The position numbers and the translations under genes are program-made. The notes below the pieces were generated by a model, which searched no databases, was not told the DNA's origin, and worked only from the letters and a program-made list of their open reading frames with translations. From IMG/VR virus record IMGVR_UViG_3300032254_000012, positions 1-41,640 of that record: a stretch of 41,640 nt of DNA; one strand, 5' to 3'. The first letter of the stretch is position 1; each line of letters opens with the position of its first letter. Positions 8,647 to 18,636 of the stretch are shown piece after piece. This DNA comes from a virus (taxonomy: Duplodnaviria; Caudoviricetes).

Positions 8647-10850
8647 ATCTACAATTTTTAAACCCAATGCGCTACTTTGGAGATAAAGCAACCAATAGTA
8701 GTGGCACAGTTGTTCGTAAAGGTAACGCGCTGGGGCCGTATAATAGCGCCTTTGACAACTATGTGTTTCGTGAATTTAATCCTCATTTATACGAAGCAAT
8801 ACGTGAGGCAATGGCGCCTATTGATGGCGCAATCAACAAAATGGTCATGCTTGACGGCGTTGTTGAAGTGGAAGCCGAAACAGACGCACTGCAAAATGAA
8901 CTTGACGACTGGATGGAGGGCGTAAAGGTCAATGATGTTGAGCAAGGCTTCCAGGCATTTTATCGGTCGCAAGGGAACGAAATGTATGAACAGGGTTGCA
9001 CGATAGGTGATTATTTTATTAACGCAAAAGAAAAAGATGTCACAAACTTGCGAGTTGGTGATTCAAAAGGTATTCATTTTCAGCGCAACAAACAAACTGG
9101 CGAGCTTGATTATTATTATGCTCCACCCGCGCAAAAGCGCGGCAAGTTCGACGGCACGGAAAACATTGAACGAGTATTGCGTAATTCGTATGAACATAAT
9201 GGCAACATAACCAGTTTTTTAGAAGGCAATAATTACCATAAATTAGATCCGTCCACATTAATTTATGCGGGCTTTAACAACGAAGCCGATAACCCTTATG
9301 GCGTGAGCTTAATGCGCTCAACGGAATATGACTCTCGTATTTTGCTAATTATGAAAAACGCATTAGGTCGAACGTGGGAGCGTTTTGGCGATCCTATTTT
9401 TAATGTTACGTTAAAAAAGAAAAAAGGCCGGGGTGTCTCGCAAAAAGAACTTGATGAACAAGAGAAAAAAATTGCAAAGAATTTAAGCGATGCAATGACC
9501 GTTAAGAAAAGCGGCAACAGTGCGGATATTGTTAATATTATTGGGCCTGATGATGAGTTTAATATTGAGGTGCTTGGCGGCGATGGCCAGGTGTTAGAAA
9601 TTGAAATGCCAGCACGCCATTTGCTTGAAAATATTGTTGCGAAGACAGGGCTACCGAGTTGGATGCTCGGTTTTCATTGGTCAACCGCTGAGCGTTTGGC
9701 ATTAAAGCAAAGCGAGATCGTCTTGCAGGACAGCTCAACACGGTTTAGTTTGCGCAAGCCTCAACTGATAAAACCTATTCACGCCATGTTACGTGCACGC
9801 GGTATTGCCTTTAATTTACGAGATATTCAGCTTGTGCAAAACTTGCCGAACTTACAAGACCTTGAGGCAAAATCACGATCTAACTTGATGGATGCGCAAG
9901 CAGAAGCTATTCGTAACGGGGCAGACATTAACCCTAACCAACAATCAAACGCTAACAATGAGGACGATGATGTAAAAAAGTTTTTAAGCGTGTATAGCAT
10001 TGCTAACAACAATGAAGATGCGCGCTTGTTAGAAATGGGTGGATGTTTACTAAAGGCGCACAATCATAAAGCAGAGTCGTATGTAGAGGACGAACCCGCA
10101 TTAATGCGACTAGAGAGAAAGGTTGAGCGAGCATTATTGAGCGCGTGGGACCAGCTCTATGATGATGTTATTGTGCTATTAAATCGCGGCTTTAACAAAA
10201 GTTCTGCAAAGTCGGGTTTAAAAGCAGGTGCTAAGGCAGATCACGCTCCTGTTTTCGTGTTTGATGTTGCAATAATGTTAACCGCATTAAAAACAATGCA
10301 AGAAGAATTTATTAATGCAATGGGGGGCGAAGGCAGCGTGTTACATACTTCAACGTTAGAAGCCTTTGAGCGCGGTATTCAAAATGCACTTAGTGAAGAC
10401 GTATTAAGCGGCTTAGATTATGTCACAGAGACTACGCGCGCGAGAATTTCACGACAACTACAGCAAAATGGTTTAAAGCTTGTGCGCGATGGTGTCATCC
10501 GCGAATTTGGCGATGATATTATTTCTGCGTTAGCGCAAGGCGCTTATGATGGGTTAAATCCAAAGGAAGTTGCCAGCGAATTAAAAAAACGATTTGATGC
10601 AAGTGATTATAACTGGAAGCGATTGGCGCGAAGCGAAATTGGAATGGCGCAAGGTGATGGAAAAATTGAGCAATATAAAGCCCAAAGTATAGCATGGTAT
10701 GATTGGGTTCCCGCAGCAGGAGCGTGCCCAATTTGTTTAGCGTTAGCTGCGGGCGGGCCTTATCGGGTTGGACATCCAGATAGTCCGCGCATAGTTAAAA
10801 ATAGCCATCCTCAAGATCGATGTACCTTAGCTGCTCATATAACTGTGTAG
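8643..10850 (+). CDS. Portal protein fused to Mu gpF/SPP1 gp7-like minor head domain
   Basis: Portal-like N-terminal ~430 aa (DNPYGVSLMRS); C-terminal RLARSEI...CPICLAL...HPQDRC of Phage_Mu_F type. Confidence 0.8.
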   Translation: MNLQFLNPMRYFGDKATNSSGTVVRKGNALGPYNSAFDNYVFREFNPHLYEAIREAMAPIDGAINKMVMLDGVVEVEAETDALQNELDDWMEGVKVNDVEQGFQAFYRSQGNEMYEQGCTIGDYFINAKEKDVTNLRVGDSKGIHFQRNKQTGELDYYYAPPAQKRGKFDGTENIERVLRNSYEHNGNITSFLEGNNYHKLDPSTLIYAGFNNEADNPYGVSLMRSTEYDSRILLIMKNALGRTWERFGDPIFNVTLKKKKGRGVSQKELDEQEKKIAKNLSDAMTVKKSGNSADIVNIIGPDDEFNIEVLGGDGQVLEIEMPARHLLENIVAKTGLPSWMLGFHWSTAERLALKQSEIVLQDSSTRFSLRKPQLIKPIHAMLRARGIAFNLRDIQLVQNLPNLQDLEAKSRSNLMDAQAEAIRNGADINPNQQSNANNEDDDVKKFLSVYSIANNNEDARLLEMGGCLLKAHNHKAESYVEDEPALMRLERKVERALLSAWDQLYDDVIVLLNRGFNKSSAKSGLKAGAKADHAPVFVFDVAIMLTALKTMQEEFINAMGGEGSVLHTSTLEAFERGIQNALSEDVLSGLDYVTETTRARISRQLQQNGLKLVRDGVIREFGDDIISALAQGAYDGLNPKEVASELKKRFDASDYNWKRLARSEIGMAQGDGKIEQYKAQSIAWYDWVPAAGACPICLALAAGGPYRVGHPDSPRIVKNSHPQDRCTLAAHITV

Positions 10851-10892
10851 TTGCATATCTTGTCTATATACAATTAGAGCGAAAATAAATTA

Positions 10893-11844
10893 ATGACGGC
10901 ATATTATAATGAACATGATCCGTATGCCGCGCAATGGTTAAGAAATTTAATTAAAGCAGGGCACATAGCGCCCGGTGATGTTGATGAAAGGAGCATAGAA
11001 GATGTTAGGCCAGCAGACCTTGTTCGATATACACAGTGCCACTTCTTCGCTGGAGTCGGAGTGTGGAGCTACGCGCTCCGACAAGCAGGATGGCCAGACG
11101 ACAAGCCAGTGTGGACGGGTTCCTGCCCATGCCAACCTTTCAGCGCGGCAGGCGAAGGAAAAGGGTTTGTTGACGAGCGGCACTTGTGGCCAGTCTGGTT
11201 TCATCTCATCACGCAGTCTAAAACTGAAACAATTTTTGGGGAACAGGTTGCAAGCGAGGACGGACTCACTTGGCTCGACCTTGTACAAACTGACTTGGAA
11301 GCTGCGGGCTACGCCAACGGGGCGTTTGATCTCTGCGCTGCGGGCGTTGGCGCACCGCACACCAGGCAACGTTTTTTCTTCGTGGCCGACTCCAGCAACG
11401 AGGGACCACAAGGGCGGATATCAGGGCGGAAGAATAAGAAACGGAAAAATCAGCACGGACACACTCGATGTGACAGCGCAGCTAGCAACATGGCCAACCC
11501 CTCAAGCAATAGATGGGCAGGGCAAGGCTTGCGCTCCAAGACTAAAGAAAGACAGCAATCGAGATCCAGCCCAGGCGGGCAGTTACAGATCGGATCTGAA
11601 AGATGCGCCGTACCTCATCCACAGCCAACCAATGGATTTTTGGGGGGGGGCAAAGTGGCTCTACTGTAGAGATGGAAAGCACCGCCCAATTGAACCCGGC
11701 ACATTCCCGCTGGCTAATGGGCTTGCCAATAGAGTGGGACGATTGCGCGCCTATGGCAACGCCATCAATGCGGAAGTTGCCATAGAATTTATATCTGCAT
11801 ATCTTCAATATATTAACCACGCCGCAGCCAATCAAGCAGCTTAA
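10893..11844 (+). pseudogene. C5 methyltransferase alpha chain, frameshifted at T5G9 (11637-11650)
   Basis: FFAGVG, SCPCQPFS, GEQV and APHTRQR in frame 10893; motif X (RLRAYGNAI) continues in the +1 frame after the tract. Confidence 0.8.
11002..11785 (+). pseudogene. Overlapping-frame methyltransferase beta chain (M.EcoHK31I-beta-like), same frameshift
   Basis: WPTP repeats in frame 11002; motif IX-like [17 protein letters not shown] in frame 11603, again +1 after the tract. Confidence 0.65.
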
Positions 11845-11877
11845 AAATAAAAACAGAATTATTCTATAACCTTATTA

Positions 11878-11912
11878 AAGCCCGATATGCAGAAATGCAC
11901 ATCGGGTTTTTT
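11878..11912 (+). terminator. Rho-independent terminator
   Basis: CCCGATATGCA-GAAA-TGCACATCGGG stem followed by T6. Confidence 0.8.
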
Positions 11913-11940
11913 ATTGCCTGAAAATAGCATTTTACACCGT

Positions 11941-11956
11941 GAACCGTTACGGACGA
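11941..11956 (+). promoter_or_regulatory. Late-promoter motif copy 2
   Basis: GAACCGTTACGGACGA after a terminator, before the head genes. Confidence 0.7.
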
Positions 11957-12038
11957 CGAAACATAAAACCAACATCCACACTCTAACCTACAAAGTTTAA
12001 ATAGCAATGAAGCGTAAAACTCACTCGGAGTATTTCTG

Positions 12039-12260
12039 ATGGCTAAAGATCAAAATAAAGATACATCACCAGATAATGAAAATAAGCCTGAAACGGCTAA
12101 ACCTTCTGCAAAAGAAGCGCGCGGTGCTGAGAAGCCTGATTTTATGGCCAAAGATTATTCTGGGCCTGTGACCACTTCAATGGTTGCGCGAAAGCAAGAA
12201 TTTGAGAAAAAAGAAACTCAACAAAAAGAAAAATCTGAACAAAAAAATTCAGAAGAATAA
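12039..12260 (+). CDS. Small charged head-region protein
   Basis: GGAG RBS; K/E-rich 73 aa. Confidence 0.65.
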   Translation: MAKDQNKDTSPDNENKPETAKPSAKEARGAEKPDFMAKDYSGPVTTSMVARKQEFEKKETQQKEKSEQKNSEE

Positions 12261-12271
12261 TAATTTTATAA

Positions 12272-13450
12272 ATGAAAAAATATCATGGGCATAAAGGGGC
12301 GGTTCTTGTTGCGGTTAAAGCAGCGGGCAACCCTTCGTCTCCACAATTGGCCGCTATTAATGCTATTGCATTAAAAGAGTTAACCGAAGATGAGGTTTAT
12401 GTTCGTACTGCCATTTTATCCCACAGCGGCATTGATCGTGACAGCGATGCGATTGAAAAAACGTTGCTTGATGATTTTGCGAAAACATTACCAGGCAAAG
12501 GTTTGTTTATTAAACATCCCGGTGGTTGGGATGGTGACTCGGGACCCGGTGTAGGCCGCTGGTTTGAAACATCCGTTAAAAAATATTCTCTTGATGAAGC
12601 TCGTCGCATTTTAAAGCAGCCAGACTTGAATTTTATCGAGGGTGATACGGAAGCCTACTTGCTTGAAGCGAGTTATTTTATCCCTCGCAGCGAAAAAAAT
12701 GCAGATCTTATTGCTGATATTGATGCGGGTGTTGCAAGTGATGTTTCTATTGGTTTTGCTGCTCGCGGTCGCACCGCAGTCGAAGGGATTGAAGGCAAGA
12801 CAACCGCGTGGCGTGTTCATGCTCCAGGTGAAGCGCTAGAAGGTTCACTTGTGTGGCTGGGCGCTCAACCCGGTGCGCACACGGTTAAGGCGGCTGGACA
12901 ACAAAATTTAACTAATGATAAATCTACTAACACTAACAGCGAGGATGACGCCGTGGATCTTGAAGAATATAAAACAGCATTAAAGCTTGCGAACGAAAAA
13001 ATCGAAAAGCAAACAACTGAAATTGAAACGCTAAAAACAACCAAAACCGAAAATCCTGATGCGATAGCAGATGCAAAAAACTTTAAAGGTTTAATGGTTG
13101 TTGCGGGTACTGAAGCTGAACCTGCAGACGTTAAAGCGGCCACAACATTTATTGAGGCAGGTAAAGCGTACATCTCTGGTATGGTTGATGTGATTGTTGC
13201 TGAAAAACGCCGGTTAAAAGTGTTGGGCGACGACCAAAAAGCTATTGATGATATGAAAACGTTTTTATCAGGCACACCTATTGCCATGCTTGAAGCGGAG
13301 CATGCGGCTGTATTAAAAAATGCACCTAAAGGTTCACAGCTTGAAGGCGGTGAACCAAATGCAAGCGGTGGCGAAGAAGAACAAAAGGGTCTGCGTGATT
13401 CGTCTGTGACGCAAAAAGCGTTGGGCGTTCCTGAAAGCAAAGCCGCGTAA
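12272..13450 (+). CDS. Prohead protease-scaffold
   Basis: IDRDSD, His, DVSIGF and EGSLVWLGAQPGA herpes/HK97-type protease motifs; coiled-coil C-terminus. Confidence 0.8.
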   Translation: MKKYHGHKGAVLVAVKAAGNPSSPQLAAINAIALKELTEDEVYVRTAILSHSGIDRDSDAIEKTLLDDFAKTLPGKGLFIKHPGGWDGDSGPGVGRWFETSVKKYSLDEARRILKQPDLNFIEGDTEAYLLEASYFIPRSEKNADLIADIDAGVASDVSIGFAARGRTAVEGIEGKTTAWRVHAPGEALEGSLVWLGAQPGAHTVKAAGQQNLTNDKSTNTNSEDDAVDLEEYKTALKLANEKIEKQTTEIETLKTTKTENPDAIADAKNFKGLMVVAGTEAEPADVKAATTFIEAGKAYISGMVDVIVAEKRRLKVLGDDQKAIDDMKTFLSGTPIAMLEAEHAAVLKNAPKGSQLEGGEPNASGGEEEQKGLRDSSVTQKALGVPESKAA

Positions 13451-13482
13451 TAATTTAATTTAATTAACAAGGGAGAGGAGCT

Positions 13483-13836
13483 ATGTCTAAAGCAACAGTA
13501 CTGTCACCCGCTGACAGCAATCGAGTTATTCATCATATCGAAGCGGCGGCTGTTGCTGTTGATGATGTGGTTTTGTCTACTGAGGGTCGAGTGCTCATTG
13601 CATATAGCGATGCCGATGCTGGCGTTGAAGGTATGTATTATTTCATCGCAGATGAAATTGAGCATGCAAAAGCCGCTGTGGCTATTAATGATGGCGAAAC
13701 AGCATATTGGGATGACGCGGCAAAAGACTTTACTAATGTTGTTGGCACTAATACGAAGTGCGGTGTATTCCGTAAAGATGCGTTGATTGGCGATGCTAAT
13801 GCAAACATTCGTTTAGACAACACTGTAAACCTGTAA
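13483..13836 (+). CDS. Capsid decoration/cement protein (DUF2190-like)
   Basis: AAVAINDGETAYWDDAAKDFT motif; lies between protease and capsid. Confidence 0.75.
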   Translation: MSKATVLSPADSNRVIHHIEAAAVAVDDVVLSTEGRVLIAYSDADAGVEGMYYFIADEIEHAKAAVAINDGETAYWDDAAKDFTNVVGTNTKCGVFRKDALIGDANANIRLDNTVNL

Positions 13837-13870
13837 TCAGGTCAATTTAAAAAAGAAACGGAGAAGGATA

Positions 13871-14887
13871 ATGAGTAAAGCAATTCAACTTTCAGCCGGT
13901 CTTGGCCTGAATGGTGCTGTTAATGGCATTGAGTCTGGCATTGATTGGAAGGCGGCAATATTAGATTTACAATCTAAAAACCCCGCAAACCTAAGTAACG
14001 CTATTACAGATTACTTTAAAGATTTGCGCGCTTCAAAAGGTTTGCCGCATGCAGTTCATGCCACTAAAGCAACGCGCCCCGGGCATATTTCAGGTTTACC
14101 AAGCTCGCCCGATTTAGATCTGCGTGCTTATGGCCCGTACATGGATCAAGGTGTTATGTATTTCTTTGACGAAAAGAATAAACGCCAAAGCATGAATCCA
14201 ACCTATCAATTTGCAAATTTATCTGCACAGGCGGTAATTTTTGAGCAGAAAAAAGAAGGGCAACCCGTTCGACTTCGTCATGTGTCTGGCGCAACACCCA
14301 CCTTATTGAGTTCCGTCACATGGCAGGGCGGGTTAGGCATTGATGATGACGCAAAGCGTTTTGATGAATACGGCGTTTACGAAGAAAACGTGCAACGTGC
14401 TCCGGGTATTTACGACAATACGATCGCAGGTTCATTTCATGCGTTAATCACGTCATTAGGTGCGGGCGCAAACGAAACGTGGAGCACAGATTTAATCACC
14501 ACGTTAAATAATGCGGGCGCGCAAATCATCGAAGACAGTGGCGAAATATATGGTTTGGGTGATCGGCCAACGTTTGGCCTATATTACAACCATCGTAATT
14601 GGGTTGATGTCCACAAAGCATTGGTGAGCAATCTCACATTACCAAACGACAACAACAGCGCAAAGGCGTTGCAGTGGGATATTGTGCCCATTCCAACACG
14701 TCGCTTACCTGTTAACACGTTTTATTTAGGTTTGCCAGGTTACGACAATGTTGATGTTATTTGGGATGATCTGTTTAGTGAGTTTGGTCGTGACTATGCT
14801 CGCGGAGAGGACGCTATGATTTATCGTGCTCGCCGCTCGGGTGGTATTGGTAACCAAAACCAGTGGCGCAAAATCGTTAAGCCTTAA
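13871..14887 (+). CDS. Major capsid protein
   Basis: 338 aa, strong RBS, follows decoration gene, followed by terminator. Confidence 0.75.
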   Translation: MSKAIQLSAGLGLNGAVNGIESGIDWKAAILDLQSKNPANLSNAITDYFKDLRASKGLPHAVHATKATRPGHISGLPSSPDLDLRAYGPYMDQGVMYFFDEKNKRQSMNPTYQFANLSAQAVIFEQKKEGQPVRLRHVSGATPTLLSSVTWQGGLGIDDDAKRFDEYGVYEENVQRAPGIYDNTIAGSFHALITSLGAGANETWSTDLITTLNNAGAQIIEDSGEIYGLGDRPTFGLYYNHRNWVDVHKALVSNLTLPNDNNSAKALQWDIVPIPTRRLPVNTFYLGLPGYDNVDVIWDDLFSEFGRDYARGEDAMIYRARRSGGIGNQNQWRKIVKP

Positions 14888-14908
14888 GTTTTAGTTAGGT
14901 GAAGTTTA

Positions 14909-14943
14909 GCCCGACCGCCTTTAAAGGTCGTCGGGTTTTTTTT
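14909..14943 (+). terminator. Rho-independent terminator
   Basis: GCCCGACCGCCT-TTAA-AGGTCGTCGGG hairpin followed by T8. Confidence 0.85.
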
Positions 14944-14964
14944 ACAAAAACGAAGGAATAAACA

Positions 14965-15411
14965 ATGGACTTTCCTCTTAATGAATTAATGCATCAAGAG
15001 TTTACAAGAAATAGAAAGTTGGCCAATGACGAAAATGTGTCTTGGGTAAATTCAGAGGCAGCGCTTTCCTCAAAGGAGATTGATTACCCTGTTCCAGATA
15101 TATTAGATGGAACTACTCCTATAGATAAAACTAACGCCGTATTAAACAGAGATGCTAAGTATCTTGTTGTTATCTATAACCCGTCAGCAGAAACAGCATT
15201 AACCGTTACAGCAAAAAACAAAATGGCGATACTTGCTTCTGCTGACAGGTTTACAGAAGTTCAAGTGTTAAACGTTCCGATCAACAGCACCAAACAATTT
15301 ATTGTTACAGGTTTATTTTTAGGTGATGGCTCTCGCCTTTCTTTAAGCAATGACACGGTTATTGGTGCTGCTGGCGCGTTTTCTGCAACCGTAAGAATTA
15401 TAGCTTTATAA
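14965..15411 (+). CDS. Putative virion protein (beta-rich)
   Basis: RBS, position after the capsid gene. Confidence 0.6.
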   Translation: MDFPLNELMHQEFTRNRKLANDENVSWVNSEAALSSKEIDYPVPDILDGTTPIDKTNAVLNRDAKYLVVIYNPSAETALTVTAKNKMAILASADRFTEVQVLNVPINSTKQFIVTGLFLGDGSRLSLSNDTVIGAAGAFSATVRIIAL

Positions 15412-15414
15412 ACT

Positions 15415-15876
15415 ATGCCGTTAGCGACCGAACAAAATGTTATTGACCTCGGCTTTAGCGCAAAGCAATTCGGTGACCCGGCTGATTTTTCAGCTGCTGA
15501 TACAGGTTATGTAGCGCTTGTTTTAAAAGATCAAGCGCTTGAAGTAGAGAGCGAAGTGGGGAGCGGTGTTTATGCATCGGCAAAAGCTAATGGAACACTA
15601 GAAGAAAAATTATTATTTAAACGAATTAAAAATGCAGAGGTGTATTTGTCCGCTGCTGAACTGTGGCGAAGAGTCGAACAATATGAGCGTGAAGCAACTG
15701 TTTCAGGACGAAGTGAAACAGGCGCAGAAACAATTGGTAGTCGGGCGCTGAAAGATGCAGAAAAAGCAGAAGACAAGGCGTGGCAGGAAATTTCTTTAAT
15801 TACCGGGCGTTCACGTATTGCAAGTTTTAGTGGTGGTGTAATTGAGTCTGGTCATTTTGATAGTGTTGTAACGTGA
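15415..15876 (+). CDS. Head-tail adaptor
   Basis: Helical 153 aa starting MPLAT; position. Confidence 0.6.
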   Translation: MPLATEQNVIDLGFSAKQFGDPADFSAADTGYVALVLKDQALEVESEVGSGVYASAKANGTLEEKLLFKRIKNAEVYLSAAELWRRVEQYEREATVSGRSETGAETIGSRALKDAEKAEDKAWQEISLITGRSRIASFSGGVIESGHFDSVVT

Positions 15877-16232
15877 AAATAAAAAGCAACGCGGGCGAAC
15901 TTGCTGAAAAGTATCGCAAGCGTATACAGGGTTTTTCGATTGGCGTTAATCGCGGCTTGTTTAAAGCAACGCATAAAGTTAATCGTGCTGCTTTAACTTT
16001 TTTAGGCGGTGACAAAAATGCGCCCGCGGGAAGCTTTCCTATCCCTAATCGCACGGGTAACTTATTTCGTGGACAGGGAGCGGCAGTAAATGGCAATGCG
16101 GGCTATGTTTTTAACACGGCAAGTTACGCAGAAAAAATACACCAAGATCGCCCCTGGTTAGATAGAGCGGTTGACACAACGGATGTGATTAACATTATGG
16201 CAACAGAAACAAGAAAAGAAGTTTTTAAATGA
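15873..16232 (+). CDS. Neck/tail completion protein (HK97 gp10/Mu gpG-like)
   Basis: PNRTGNLFRG...YAEKIH..RPWLDRAV. Confidence 0.7.
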   Translation: MKIKSNAGELAEKYRKRIQGFSIGVNRGLFKATHKVNRAALTFLGGDKNAPAGSFPIPNRTGNLFRGQGAAVNGNAGYVFNTASYAEKIHQDRPWLDRAVDTTDVINIMATETRKEVFK

Positions 16233-16696
16233 ATAGTTTAAAAGATGCGAAAAACGAATTAATTAACACGCTCGTTACAAACGCAGGGTTGGTTTCTTTT
16301 TTTGACGGCATAAAGGCCGGTAGTGTTATCACTGTAATTGAAGGGCAAAAGAAAGTTTCTAAAATTAACGGTTCTGAATACCCAGTGCTTATTATTGAAA
16401 TGGGCGATGGTGAATTTGATGATTACTTGTTAGGTGATACACAACAAGATCTAAATGGCGATTTATTTGAGTTTAGTTTTGGTTGGTACAACAAGGATAC
16501 TTCCGTTTTATTAAATCAAAGATTGGATCTTCTTCGCCTGGTTAAAGATGCAATTAGCGGAAACAGAAAACTAAACAACGGCATAAACGACACGGTTGAA
16601 AATTGCTGGTTAACAAGTTATCAAAATGACCAGTCGGTTTTTTACCCTGACCACTTCATGAATTTTGTTTTAAGTGTTGAAACAAAAATGGATTAA
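16229..16696 (+). CDS. Tail terminator-like protein
   Basis: Acidic, YPVLII motif, upstream of tail tube. Confidence 0.55.
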   Translation: MNSLKDAKNELINTLVTNAGLVSFFDGIKAGSVITVIEGQKKVSKINGSEYPVLIIEMGDGEFDDYLLGDTQQDLNGDLFEFSFGWYNKDTSVLLNQRLDLLRLVKDAISGNRKLNNGINDTVENCWLTSYQNDQSVFYPDHFMNFVLSVETKMD

Positions 16697-16708
16697 AAGG
16701 AGCCCATT

Positions 16709-16906
16709 ATGACAAAAGAATCAAAAAAAACAGAAAAAGAAAAAACACTTAAACCGATTAAAGCTATTAAGTTTGATCGTAAGGGTGTTATTGCTTGCGG
16801 CAAATATAAAGCAGGTAAAATATACATTGTTGGTGAAGATGGCTTAACTAACGAAGAGGCACACCGACTCATCACGAACAAAGGTTTTGTTGAAACAAAA
16901 GTATAA
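16709..16906 (+). CDS. Small hypothetical protein
   Basis: AAGGAG RBS; EEAHRLITNKGF. Confidence 0.65.
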   Translation: MTKESKKTEKEKTLKPIKAIKFDRKGVIACGKYKAGKIYIVGEDGLTNEEAHRLITNKGFVETKV

Positions 16907-16928
16907 ATTTTAATTAGAGGATCATCAG

Positions 16929-18167
16929 ATGGGACAAGCAAAAGGCTCTGACGCAATATTAATCGCTTACGAAGAAACCGCTTACGGTGAAGATCCCGCT
17001 GCACCTTCTGGCTTTGTTTTGCGCGCGCACTCAATTGGTCTTAAGGGAACGAGGGGCACCGAAGACGACCCAACATTAAATCCTAATGGAGAAGCAAGCA
17101 AACCCTTGCTGGGCAATCATGATGCGGGTGGTTCTTTACCGCTTAGCTTATCAGCCGAACAAGATGGGAAATTATTAAAACATACTTTGGGCGGTGTAAC
17201 GGTTTTTCGCCCGGTAAGCGTGCAACCTGTCAATGTTACCGGTGTTGTCATTAATAATGCGGCAGCGACTTGTGGTGTTGGGGTGGGCACATTGGCATTT
17301 ACCTTGATCGGAACACTACTTAAGTGGACAGCGAGCGGCGACACGGCGGGCGCTGGGGTTGATGTTAGTGCGGGCGGCAATTTCACGCTACCTTCTGGTA
17401 CTGCGGGCAATGATTTGTACATCACAGTTACGGCAGGCGGTTTACCAGGAGCCGATAAATCAGATGCTGATATTGATGTTGTGAACGCATATGAGCACAA
17501 GTTGACATTTGGTGACTTGCCAACAGGTTTAACGTTTGACAAAGACTTTGGTAATGCTATTGCCGGTGCGGGACGCGTTGAAAAAATTAACGGTAATCGC
17601 ATTAGCGAGTGCAGCATTGAGTTTAATCAAAAGGGTGTGATTGTATCGTCTTACACCTTCAAGGGCGCAAAATCGACTTTCTCTGCAGCAGTATTAGACG
17701 CAACGCCAGATGACTTTGGTCGCAATGCATTTAATGCAGCGGACTTGAAGATTAAAATTGATGGCGCCGTCTCAACCAGCCTTAAGAAAGCCAGCTTAAA
17801 AATCAGCAACGCGCTTGATGAAGATGGCTATGTTGTTGGTAGCACATCACGCGCGGCTTTGTTTGAGAGCGAACGCAAAACAGACGGAAGCATTAACGCG
17901 CTGTTTGATAGCAATTTCTTTTTAGATAAAGCTGATACGCAGGCAGATACCGCAATTGATTTTGAAGTTAAACGCGGTAACGGCTTTGGTTTGGTTGGGA
18001 ACGAATACATTAACTTTACTGTGCAGCAGTGTTCATTTGAAAAAAATGCACCAGAAATATCAGGGCCGGGCGGCGTTTTAATTGATGCTAATTTCAAAGG
18101 GTATCTTGGTGCTAATGATGAGCCAAGTATTGTTGTAACGGTTCGTAACCAACAAGCGAGTTTGTAA
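16929..18167 (+). CDS. Major tail tube protein with inserted beta-rich domain
   Basis: EETAYGEDP N-terminus, APEISGPGGVLIDANF C-terminus; followed by chaperones and tape measure. Confidence 0.85.
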   Translation: MGQAKGSDAILIAYEETAYGEDPAAPSGFVLRAHSIGLKGTRGTEDDPTLNPNGEASKPLLGNHDAGGSLPLSLSAEQDGKLLKHTLGGVTVFRPVSVQPVNVTGVVINNAAATCGVGVGTLAFTLIGTLLKWTASGDTAGAGVDVSAGGNFTLPSGTAGNDLYITVTAGGLPGADKSDADIDVVNAYEHKLTFGDLPTGLTFDKDFGNAIAGAGRVEKINGNRISECSIEFNQKGVIVSSYTFKGAKSTFSAAVLDATPDDFGRNAFNAADLKIKIDGAVSTSLKKASLKISNALDEDGYVVGSTSRAALFESERKTDGSINALFDSNFFLDKADTQADTAIDFEVKRGNGFGLVGNEYINFTVQQCSFEKNAPEISGPGGVLIDANFKGYLGANDEPSIVVTVRNQQASL

Positions 18168-18177
18168 GGAGAGAAAC

Positions 18178-18636
18178 ATGTCGTTTCAGTTTAAAAAAAA
18201 TCGTGAAGTTGTTTATCCCGTTGTAATCAAGCTGTTGCCAGAAGACGGAAAAGGCGATCTTTGTGAGTTCAAAATTAGTACGCGCTTTAAATTATTAACG
18301 CGCCCGGAATATACCGCATGGACAACAGGCGATTTCGATTTTTTTGAAACCAAAAAAGAAGATCAACAAAAAACCACCTCCGCGGATGAACAAATGCTTG
18401 CAGTGTTGGACAGACTAAATAATTCCGTTAAAGAAGAAGCACAAAAAATTCGTTTACGTGAATTGGTAAAACGAATTAAAGACTGGGATGAAAACGATGT
18501 TATTGATGGCGACGGCAACCCTGTCCCGTTTGATGTTAATTATTTAATTGACGTGATTGAGTTTAGCCCAACTTATGTTTCTGCGTTTGAGATGGGGTTA
18601 ATTGAAGCGAGCCGGGATGCGCCAGTAAAAAACTAA
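18178..18636 (+). CDS. Tail assembly chaperone (gpG-like)
   Basis: DWDE..VIDGDGNPVPF motif; ends KN* on a slippery site. Confidence 0.85.
   Translation: MSFQFKKNREVVYPVVIKLLPEDGKGDLCEFKISTRFKLLTRPEYTAWTTGDFDFFETKKEDQQKTTSADEQMLAVLDRLNNSVKEEAQKIRLRELVKRIKDWDENDVIDGDGNPVPFDVNYLIDVIEFSPTYVSAFEMGLIEASRDAPVKN

Noticed and set aside
12865-13470. 201-aa minus-strand ORF (and similar ones at 17117, 20487, 40532)
   Set aside because: Antisense shadows of clear plus-strand genes.
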